Of a stretch of DNA of 64,000 bases, positions 54,701-64,000 are shown piece after piece. Origin of the DNA: Lingula anatina (Eukaryota; Animalia; Brachiopoda); the NCBI GenBank assembly GCA_051362555.1, contig CM120641.1, positions 30,634,401 to 30,698,400 on the forward strand, read 5' to 3'. A model generated the notes under the pieces. That model ran no database searches and was not told where the DNA came from. It was given only the letters and a program-made list of their open reading frames with translations. How positions within the stretch are numbered: the stretch's first letter is position 1; every line of letters begins with the position of its first letter. A program made the position numbers and the translations under genes.

Positions 54701-57700
54701 AAAATGACATTGAAAAGACTGCAAAATGCGGTGCCTTAAAATAGTTAAACGTTAATAATTTTCACAAATCTTGTCTAATATTTGTGAAATTTGGATAGAT
54801 GATGCATTACAACAATAAAAATCTGTGATAAGCTCATCAGTTGACTGTGTCTCATGAAAAACATTTTTCAGAGCATATAAATGTGAGAAAACTGAAAATA
54901 AGACTGAAAAGACTGCAAATTCCATGGTATAAAATAGTTAAACGTTAATATTTTTCACAAATCTTGTCCAATATTTGTGAAATTTGGATAGATGATGCAT
55001 AACAATAATAAAAATCTGTGATAAGCTTATCAGTTGACAGTTGACATTTTTCACAGCATATAAATGTGAGAAAACTGAAAATGACACTGAAAAGACTGCC
55101 AAATTCCATGGTATAAAATAGTTAAACATTTATATTTTTCACAAATCTTGTCCAATATTTGTGAAATTTGGACAGATGATGCATAACAATAATAAAAATC
55201 TGTGATAAGCTCATCAGTTGACTGTGTCTCATGAAAAACCTTTTTCAGAGCATATAAATGTGAGAAAACTGAAAATAAGACTGAAAAGACTGCCAAATTC
55301 CACGGTATAAAATAGTTAAACGTTAATATTTTTAACAAATCTTGTCCAATATTTGTGAAATTTGGATAGATGATGCATAACAACAATAAAAATCTGTGAT
55401 AAGCTCATCAGTTGACTGTGTCTCATGAAATAGATTTTTTTTTGGACAATAAATTTGAGAAAACTGACAATAACACTGAAACAACTGCCAAATTCCATGG
55501 CTTAAAATAGTTAAATGTTAATAATTTTCATAAATCTTGTCTAATATTTGTGAAATTTGAATAGATGATGCATAACAACAATAAAAATCTGTGATAAGCT
55601 CATCAAGATGATGATTAACAATAACAAAAATCTGTGATAAGCTTAACTGTTGACAGTGTATAATAGAATTGTAGTTGTTTGACATATTGTATGCGAAGAG
55701 TGAGAATTATCAAAAACATTTCTTTTTTCAATTTCACAACATCTAATTAGCTTCATATTAAACATCAAATATTATGATTTGAGTTTGTTTGTGTAAGAGA
55801 TGACAAATTACCCATAATTGTCCTCTGGAAAACAATATATACCCATTTAAGACATCTCCTTACTCCTTAATACCAGATGCAGATTCCTCCTTACCATCCG
55901 TTGCTGGAATTGGAGTTTAGCACACCATTTGACAATGTCCTAAAGCTTCCCACATACCATCATGAGACATAGCATTGCTCTTGCTGTTGTCTTTTGCTGC
56001 CTGTTTTTTACTATAGGAATTAGCCATGACTAGACAGGAAGAATCAGTTCACCAAAAAAGCCACCACGCTGTATGGAAAAGGTCACCTGGAAAAAGAACA
56101 ATATATTTGAAAAAAGTGAAAATTTTAAAAATTGACAAATTTCACAGACTGAAATAGTTAAACATTAAGAATTTTTATAAAGTTAACCTTAACAGTTGAC
56201 TGTCTAATAAAAGGATATTTTCGGTACATATAAATTTGAGAAAACTGAAAATTACATAATAAGACTTCCAAATTCCATGGCTTAAAATAGTTAAACATTA
56301 ATAATTTTAACAAATCTCGTCCAATGTTTGTGAAATTTGTACAAGTCATGCATAACAGCAATAAAAATCTGTGATAGCTCATCAGTTGACTGTGTCTCAT
56401 GAAAAAGATTTTTCAGAGCATATGAATTGGAGAAAACTGAAAATTACATTGAAAAGAGTGCCAAATTCCATGGCTTTAAATAGTTAAACGTTAATAATTT
56501 TCACAAGTCTTGTCCAATATTTGTGAAATTTGGACAGATGATGCATAACAGCAATAAAAATCAGTGATAAGCTCATCAGTTGATTGTGTCTCATGGAAAA
56601 GGTTTTTTCAGAGCATATAATTTGGAGAAAACTAAAAATTACATTAAAAAGACTGGCAAATTCCATGGCATAAAATAGTTAAATATTAACAATTTTGACA
56701 AATCTTGTCCAATATTTGTGAAATTTGTATACATCATGCTTAACATCAATAAAAATCTGTAAAAAGCACAACAGTTGACAATGTCCAATGAAAAAGGTTT
56801 TTTCAGAGCATATAAATTTAACAAAACTGAAAATGACATTCAAAAGACTGCCAAATTCCATGGATTAAAATAGTTAAACGTTAATAATTTTCACAAATCT
56901 AGTCCAATTTTTGTGAAATTTGTACAAATAATTCCTTAGATCAATAAAAATCTGTGATAAGCTCATCAGTTGACTGGATTCAATGAAAAAGATTTTTTTT
57001 TTTTTTTTTGACAATATATTTGAGAAAACTGAAAATATCACTGAAAAGACTGCCAAATTCTAAGGTATAAAATAGTAAAACGTTAATAATTTTGACAAAT
57101 CTCGTCCATTATTTGTGGAATTTGGACAAATGATACTTTACAATAATAAAAATCTGTGATAAGCTTATCAGCTGACTGTGTGTAACAGAAGTGTAGCTTA
57201 TTGATAATTTGTATGAGAAGACTGAGAATTATCGAAAACATTTTTTTTTTTTCAATTTCACAACATCTAATTAGCTTCATATTAAACAGCAAATGTTATG
57301 ATTTGAGTTTGTTTGTGTAAGAGGTGACAAATTACCCATAATTGTCCTCTGGAAAACAAAATATACCCATTCAAGACTTCTCCTTACTACCAATACCAGA
57401 TGCAGATTCCTCCTTACAATTTGTTTTTGGAATTGGGGTTTAGCACACCATTTGACAATGTCCTAAAGCTTGCCTACCATCTACTGTAGGCATGGATGAC
57501 ACAATCCATTGCTCTTGCTATTGTCTTTTGCTGACTGTTTTTTCTATAGGAATTGGCCATGACCAGACTGGAAGTATCAGTTCACCAAAAAAGCCCCCAA
57601 GCTGTATGGAAAAGGTCACCTGGAAGAGAAATGTACAATGTATTTTAAAAAAAAAATGGAAATTAAATTTTAAAAAGTGATAAATTTATCAGACTAAAAT

Positions 57701-57790
57701 AGCTAAACATTAATAATTTTGATAAAGTTGGATTTAAAAGTTGATTGTGTCTAATGGAAAGGCTCATCTGGAAAAAGAACAATAAGTTTG
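51700..57790. repeat. Diverged edge layer of the array (older monomers and three older cassettes)
   Basis: Private substitutions and indels increase toward 57.8 kb (e.g. aaatttgtacaagtcatgc, gtaaaaagcacaacag), and the exact higher-order periods are lost. Confidence 0.9.
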
Positions 57791-57959
57791 AAACAAGGCA
57801 GCAAAGCTGTCAAATGTACAGACAAAAAGCAGGAAATAACAAAATAGGCTACTGTCAATTCTGATGTAAAAGTACATTATGTTAAACTGCAAATTCAACA
57901 TCAAATTTTAATTATGCTCAACTGGTAATACCAATGTAAGTAAAATGTGTAACAAGCAT

Positions 57960-58648
57960 AAGGCTTCAGGCCCATGGGAGTTCAAGTTCACACTTTGAAA
58001 ATGTAAAACTTTCAGAAAAAGAAGTCAATTAGACTGCTTTTCCAACTCGAGCTGCATTTTAGTCCTGTGTTTCTTTTTTAAAAGTTTGACAATCATAAGT
58101 AATATGGTTTTCCCATGATGGTCATCATGGCAGCAATACCCAAAATTGTGTTTTCTTCTATTTTGATGCAATATTTCATAATGCTTAACAGCATAAAGAA
58201 TAAAAATTTTAATAATAAAATATACGTATCGTGGATTTTCAGAAAATGTGACTAGCATGGGTCTTCAAGCCCAAGGTGGTTCTAAGTCACACCTTGAAAT
58301 TGCCAATATGTGAAAAATTAAATTTTCACAAAAAACTGATTAACTGCCAGAAAAATTTACCAAATAGACTGCACTGCCTAATGAAACTGTATTTTAGTCC
58401 CATGTTTCTTTCCTGTAAGTTTGAGAACAGTAAGTGACATGATTTTCCTTACATGGTCATCAAGGGAGCAGTGTCCAAAATAGGGGTTTCTTCAAATTTT
58501 GATGCAATATTACATAATGTTTAACAGGATAATAACCATCAATTTTTAATAATAAAATATTAGTATCATGGATATTCAGAAAATGTTCCTAGCAAAGGTC
58601 TTCAGGCCCATGGAACTTCAAAGTCACACCTTGAAAATGCCAAAATGT
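57960..58648. repeat. Diverged ~300-340-bp tandem repeat inside the HINE
   Basis: ttca(g/a)gccca...tcacac(t/c)ttgaaa at 57965, 58264, 58601. Confidence 0.8.
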
Positions 58649-58650
58649 AG

Positions 58651-59450
58651 ACAAGACAGCACCGTCCGGAAATGCTTTTTTTCCATTTTTAACAATTTTT
58701 TAACATATAACAAAATTAACACTTTACTGCCATTTTTATATGATCAACTAAGAAAATTGATGAGATGGGAAAAATATCAATAGAACAGTGTTTAATGTCC
58801 AATTTCCTCCATTCTGAGTTTCTGAACATTGTGAATGAATGAATGAATCTGACAAACTGCATTGATAAGAGTTTATTTCCATTTTTGAACCATTATTATA
58901 CAATACATGATAACAAGCTTACCATCATTTTTTCATAATCAACTAACAATGTTGTAAAGATGCAGGAAATGTTAAACAAAGACTTTTACGTATCTTATTA
59001 GTTAAATAATGAGACTGTAAACATGCCTAAGAATTGAATCTGAGGAAATGTGAAACAAGACAGTACTGTTATGAAATGGGTTTATTTCCATTTTTAACAC
59101 TTTTTTAACATAAAACAAAATTAACAGTTTACTGCCATTTTTATATGATCAACTAAGAAAGTTGATGAGATGTGAAAAATATCAATAGAACAGTGTCAAA
59201 TGTCCAATTTCCTCCATTCTGAGTTTCTGAACATAATGAATGATTGAATCTTACAAACTGCAATGATATGAGTTTATTTCCATTTTTGACACTTTATTAC
59301 ACAATACACAATAACAAGTTTACCATCATTTTTACATAATCAACTAACAATGTTGTAAAGATGCAGGAAATGTCAAACAAACACTTTTACGTATCTTATT
59401 AATTAAATAATGAGACTGTTAACATGCCTAAGAATTGAACCTGAAGAAAT
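58651..59450. repeat. 404-bp tandem duplication built of ~200-bp subunits inside the HINE
   Basis: acaagacag...ttccatttttaaca...tgatcaactaagaaa at 58651 and 59055; related half-units (tttatttccatttttga...aatcaactaacaatg) at ~58850 and ~59250. Confidence 0.85.
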
Positions 59451-59755
59451 GTGAAAACACAGCATAACTTATAAAATAATGGCCCGATTATGCTGATTTT
59501 CGAACTTGACCTGCGTTTTAGTAAGATTGATTACGCCTGTGAGTTTCATGACAACAGGCCTATCGGTTTTCTTTGAAATGTGTTAACAGTGTTGCATATA
59601 TGCTGAAAAGTGAAAAAACAGCATAAATTCTACAATAATGGCCCGATCATGCTGATTTTCGAACTTGACCTGCATTTTATGAATATTCATCAGCTGTGTA
59701 AATATAAAGCCAAAAAGTAAAACTGTCTTCCACTTATGGTGTTAACACTGAAAGT
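59451..59755. repeat. 159-bp tandem pair inside the HINE
   Basis: ggcccgat(t/c)atgctgattttcgaacttgacctgc at 59481 and 59640. Confidence 0.85.
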
Positions 59756-59851
59756 GGACGGCGACAGCGACGGCGACATGAACGGCGACGACAGTCGCAG
59801 GTGATGGCAATATGTACAGACACATCTGTGTCTGTACATAAAAAGTGAAAA

Positions 59852-60640
59852 TATTGCCAGTTTTCGAGATATAAGGGATAGAAAATTTGCAAAGCTCAGT
59901 TCATGGTGAAAATTAGGTCAAAAGTCAATTTAAGGATCACAGTTAGGTTGGCAGTATATGACATCCCATTCAAGTTCAATGAGGGTAAGAAATACTCCCC
60001 CTTAATCACCAATCACGAAGAATTAAAACAGGTCAATCACCAATCACGAAGATATATTCAGGTCAATCACCAATCACGAGGAATTAAAAGCTATCGCCAT
60101 TCATCAAGATAGAAAATTGCTGTACTTGCAGGAATGCAAAGAATTCATAACATTCCCAGAATAATTAATTTCGTATGTTGAATGACATGAATCATCTGTT
60201 TAGAGATATTCAGCCATTCTTATTGGTCAGGATTCCCGTGACAGAGACTAAGGCGATGATATACGAATAGAACAGGAAAGTAGCAAACTACGACTTTCTA
60301 GAACAAATTCCTCTAATGCTAATTAAACATTTTTACGAATCATGTTGATGAATTCATACCAATTAATAACGCAGAACAAAGAAGTTCCTGAATCACGTTT
60401 CACGCAGAATATTGCGCTCCAATAATGTACCATGCTCGAAAAATAAGGCCAGTCATGTGTAACGCAAAAGGTATTAATTATGGGTGTATCTTTGCCAGTT
60501 TTGGAGACATGAAGATTGGAAAGTGCAGTTCATAATGAAAAGTAGGTCAAAGGTCAATTTTAAGGTCACAGTTAGATTACCAGTATATGACTTCCTTAGT
60601 TCAATAGTAACTATGGGCATATCTCTGCTAATTTTGGAAT
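59852..60640. repeat. Remnant of a ~130-140-bp tandem repeat (ggtcaaaggtcaa type, resembling HINE interiors), interrupted at 59981-60472
   Basis: ttgccagtttt(c/g)gaga...taggtcaaa(a/g)gtcaattt...cagtatatgac...agttcaat occurs at ~59855-59980 and ~60492-60606; a third partial unit follows. Confidence 0.65.
59981..60472. mobile_element. Probable MITE-like insertion with AATCACG subterminal repeats; one end degenerate
   Basis: It splits a host repeat between agttcaat and attaattatggg (intact unit: agttcaatagtaactatggg). It begins GAGGG, with aatcaccaatcacga at 60004, 60035, 60065. No clean TIR pair or TSD. Confidence 0.5.
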
Positions 60641-61243
60641 AATTCACATTTCATTTTCACCACTGAATATTGCAACTTTGTATTTTTTTATATAGTGCAA
60701 TGAAAAAACCAGTGGAAAACAAAAAAAAAAAAAAAAGGACACCACCTCCAGTATTACATTTGACAAGTTCTACAAAAAATGCAAAAAACAAAAGGTCTCT
60801 AGCTTTTACGGTTCCAGAATTAGAGAGAGTTTTCAGTTTCCATATCTAATGATTGCTTCTCCCATGAAAATGCACCGATTAACCCCAAACTCCCAAAGAT
60901 GAAAGGAGTTGCTGATTGTAATCCCTCACTATAATATGACAGCTTAGGTCTGTGTAGTTTCTGAAAATTGGTACAAACAATTGATCATCAGCTGAGTTTA
61001 TTTTTCCAAATGAAAGTCATTGACATAGAAACTGTAAAGGTAAAAGTCAGGCTCTTTAAGTTTATTTATGATAACTATGTCACTTATTAAATTTAGTGCT
61101 AATGATTTAACTTATGGTACTTTTCAAAAGTTTTAAGTTTTTGCTATAACATACTGAAACAAACAAGAAGTATAGCTTTCAGTTTAAGGTTGACAAAAAT
61201 AGTTTTCTGTTATTAATTTATGCAAATTAATCATGACTTCCAG

Positions 61244-62239
61244 CCAGTTGTGGATAACTGCAAAATGGACTTGAAGGTCATTAAAGATGGATCTGTGCAT
61301 CCAGACCAACCAACCTTTAGCAAACAATTAGAGGAGCACCTTATTGGAGCTACTTTCAAAGTGAGCCATGTGGTTGCACACTCAAAGTACAAGACTGAGG
61401 TTACTAAAAGGGATTCCATCCAAGCTATGCTTGATAATCTTAATTAATATTTTGATTTTAAACCCATATGATATTAATTGATTTCCCCAATACATTACAA
61501 GTTGTGCCATTAAAGATTATGAGTTTTCTTCTATTATTCATTCCTTTTAAGTACTCACTTTGATTTATAACAAATTTTATGACTTTTTCAATTATAGCCA
61601 AATATTATTATGTGTAATTATTTTTAAATCAATAATTTAATTTTTCTTTTTATTAAAAAGAAGTTTTTACTTTGTGTGCATCTTACAATTTAGTTCTGTA
61701 TTGTATTATTCCCAGATTCCCTGACCAGGAGCTGATGTCCTCTTTCTGTGTTTTGGGGATGAAGCCCATTTCTCTACTCAGTCAGGATGAGCTGCTGTGT
61801 TGGGGGGATGAATCCATGGAAATGCTGATATCTCACTTTGGGGAGAAAATGCACACAATGAATTCAAAGGAATCTGTGTCCAAGACCCTTATTGATGCTC
61901 AAGAGGTGAAGAAGGAATGGAGAATTGTAAAAAATGATCTTCTCACTCAGTGTTACCCAAGGCATTCAACTGCAAAACTCTGGGAATTGATAGCTACTGA
62001 TCATAAGGATCAATTTCCAAATCTCATAATGTTAGCCTCTTTGGCACTGGCACATCCAGTGCACACAGCGGATTGCGAAAAATTTAATTACAACTGCACT
62101 AAGAAATAGACTCAATCCAGAGAATATTGATGCACTCATGAGAATAAAAATAGAAGGAAGGGATTACTTTGATTTTGTTAGTTGTCTCAAAAAATGGAGG
62201 CAAAAAAAGCAGAGGGTTATTTTCCACAATCATAAGTAA
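61244..62239 (+). pseudogene. Decayed hAT-family transposase C-terminus (ZNF862-like, hATC dimerisation region), two exons
   Basis: Exon A after ttccAG (61244-~61444): PVVDNCKMDLKVIK...IQAMLDNLN. Exon B after ttcccAG (61716): (R)FPDQELMSSFCVL...LWELI...FPNLIMLASLALAHPVHTADCE, then frameshift to NLITTALRNRLNPENIDALMRIKIEG...FDFVSCLKKWRQKKQRVIF..stop 62237-62239. This matches the hATC pattern FPNL..LA...L..P..TA..ERxFS..N.I.T..RNRL; the RxFS codons are deleted and the exon A donor is not recognisable. Confidence 0.85.
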
Positions 62240-62469
62240 ACTGACTTTGCTTTTAAGAGACAGTGTATGAGAATTAAACTGTTGTTTCTGTCAATAAAAC
62301 AGGCCCTCCTGATATGGATGTGGTTTGAAACATCACTAAGGGTTTTATTGTTATTAAAGAGAAAAAAAGTCAGACTGAATTATAAAAAAAGAATAAAGCA
62401 CCAAATCAATATGTAATTTACCTCTAGTATTACAATATTGATAACCATCAAATGTATTAAAACATGATT

Positions 62470-62559
62470 ACCAAAAAAATCCCACTCATAGGCAAAAATC
62501 CCACTGCTTCATTTCCAGTGGGATAAAATATCCCTGCATTTAGCATAGTTACACTCCTC
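62470..62559 (+). mobile_element. Putative 3' subterminal region and end of the hAT element
   Basis: aaaatcccact twice, an inverted agtgggat, then gttacactcct resembling a decayed ...CCTG hAT terminus, ~300 bp after the stop codon. No partner TIR found. Confidence 0.4.
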
Positions 62560-63574
62560 ACATATGTATATATTTGACATGAGGACTATAATGGAAGGGC
62601 AGCATTAACCCTCTTTGCCACCCAAAGGCACTTGTGATGACACAAAAACGTAAATTTAACTGATGGTTTAAAAAGTATAAATTTACGAAAATCTTATACG
62701 TGTAACACAATAGAAAAAAAATTATCTAAGTTATATTTTGGTAAATTTGATATTGATCTTTAAATTTGAAAAAAGGTTCCTTTATTAGTTCAATCTTTGC
62801 CAGGTCCAAGTAAATTTTTGAATAGACTAGACATTTTCACCTATTGCATTACTATTTGTAATAACAAGACAATGACTCTGTCAAATTTGTTTTTAGAATC
62901 ATCATATAACAGTTATATTGAATAAAAAATTAGATCAAAAGTCACCTATCTGGCACATACCTAGTGTCATTATTATTTTCTTAGTCTCTTCACGTAGCCA
63001 GTGCCAGCTTGCAAGGTCTATAATTATACATGGCACGGGGCTGCAATACTGAACAACCTATTTTCTTGTGTGAAAACTAGGCAATGTGTTTGACCGTAGA
63101 TGATCTATTTCACTGGCCAGTCATTTTAAACTAAAAATGAAATAAACATAGAATCCAAGTGTAGAATGGGTCAAGCAGCAGTTAGTGAGTAGCAGATAAT
63201 TGCTCCTTACCCCAGGAAAATTCATTGGGGGGAGGGGAGGAGGAGGAGGGTTAGATCCGGTGGAGAACTTCTTTAACTACTAGCAATAAACTCAATAAAT
63301 ACCATGGGCAGTTTTTAAATAATGTGACCTTTAAAAAGTTTGAATCAATTGCAGTTAAACAGTATTACACTCATGACATTTTGGCTATATTTTTAGCTTT
63401 TCACTTTTACTTTTTTTTTAATTAGCATTTTTTTTTTCGAGTTATGAACAACCTTGAGACCCCTATCTCAAACAATAAGATGAGAATTATGAAGTTTTCA
63501 AAACATCACCCAACTATTCTGAAGATAAATTGACAGGGCTTCAGCTGACAGTGGTGCAAATTTTAAAAGTCACT

Positions 63575-63659
63575 TTTATCCGGGAGATTTGGTAACCTGT
63601 ACGGGTGACGGGGAGATTCATTCTGTATTCAGGAGACTCCCAGAGAGTCGACATGTATA
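63575..63659. mobile_element. Possible terminus of another non-autonomous hAT-like element
   Basis: Repeated (c/g)ggaga motifs ending gagagtcgacatgtat, similar to ...GGGAGAGTTGRCATGTATG ends. Other end not found. Confidence 0.35.
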
Positions 63660-64000
63660 CAACAAGCCCAAATGAATCTCTCTGACGACCAAGTTTGACT
63701 TCAGGAAAACTTGAATGACTGAACGCCGTTTTGTGTTGATTAGATCTATGATTTTGTAACATAATTACCAACTAGAGAAATGGCAATGCACCAATTGTAT
63801 TGTATTGTCATTAGTATATCATATTGTTCAAGGTTATGACAATCTATGTACCAGTACAGAAATAATTAAATAAATTGAATTGAAAAAAAAAATAAATTGA
63901 AAAAATGAAAGACACGTATGTAGATAAGATTTGTTTGTTACCACAAACCAGAAGTCTTAGAGCATTTATCAGAAGGGAAGCAAATAGGCTTTATACTTAC

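Larger units (their letters stand above)
1..57790. repeat. Composite satellite array: ~194-bp AT-rich monomers interspersed with 33 copies of a non-satellite cassette; open at the window's left edge
   Basis: Landmark cttgtc(c/t)aat recurs at 1, 195, 389, 583 (194-bp period), then 767 (184-bp variant). Monomer core: gacattgaaaagactgccaaattccatggcttaaaatagttaaacgttaataattttcacaaatcttgtctaatatttgtgaaatttggatagatgatgcataacaacaataaaaatctgtgataagctcatcagttgactgtgtctcat. All copies are head-to-tail in one orientation. Confidence 0.98.
57792..59844 (-). mobile_element. Helentron-associated non-autonomous element (HINE/DINE-1-like), ~2.05 kb, apparently complete
   Basis: One end: AACAA + small hairpin GGCAGC-AAA-GCTGTC (57797-57811) + ATGTACAGACA (57814-57824). 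Other end: GACGGC-like microsatellite (~59757-59793), perfect hairpin TATGTACAGACAC-ATCT-GTGTCTGTACATA (59811-59840) and an A run. It has internal tandem arrays, is inserted in an A/T run without a TSD, and its joined flanks restore tttgaaaaaagtgaaaat. Confidence 0.85.

Noticed and set aside
752-57292. Dozens of 60-125-aa ORFs (MLSIISPN..., MLICIIYP..., MFNYFKAP...)
   Set aside because: These are translations of satellite monomers; frames open and close with homopolymer length changes and show no recognisable domain.
1-57790. CRISPR-like repeat/spacer appearance
   Set aside because: Repeats are ~194 bp and abut each other, the inserts are copies of one sequence rather than unique spacers, there are no cas genes, and the context is eukaryotic.
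62604-62640. TTAA-CCC possible piggyBac terminus
   Set aside because: No matching GGG-TTAA partner with an inverted repeat found in the window.
63227-63250. G-rich run as a G-quadruplex or regulatory element
   Set aside because: A short simple purine tract with no further support.
63541-63785. 76-aa minus ORF with an upstream ttctctAG as a host exon
   Set aside because: No recognisable homology, and half of it runs through a probable transposon terminus.

Overview
AT-rich eukaryotic DNA, probably invertebrate (mollusc-like by repeat style; inference). No intact protein-coding gene is supported. Bases 1 to ~57790 are the right end of a composite tandem array that runs off the window's left edge. 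The array consists of ~194-bp satellite monomers (several mosaic subtypes with internal palindromes) punctuated by 33 copies of a non-satellite cassette in a long (L) and a deleted short (S) form. On the minus strand the cassette begins with a textbook splice acceptor. Monomers and cassettes form nested higher-order repeats (947, 1679, 3231, 3781, ~5600-6570 bp), nearly identical in the interior and increasingly diverged from ~51.7 kb to the edge. One S cassette is split by a 1902-bp TA-flanked TIR transposon (14277-16178). Right of the array are a complete ~2.05-kb Helentron-type non-autonomous element (HINE) holding three small tandem arrays, further repeat remnants, and a decayed, intron-containing hAT/ZNF862-like transposase C-terminus (61244-62239). 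Nearly all listed ORFs are by-products of the repeats.
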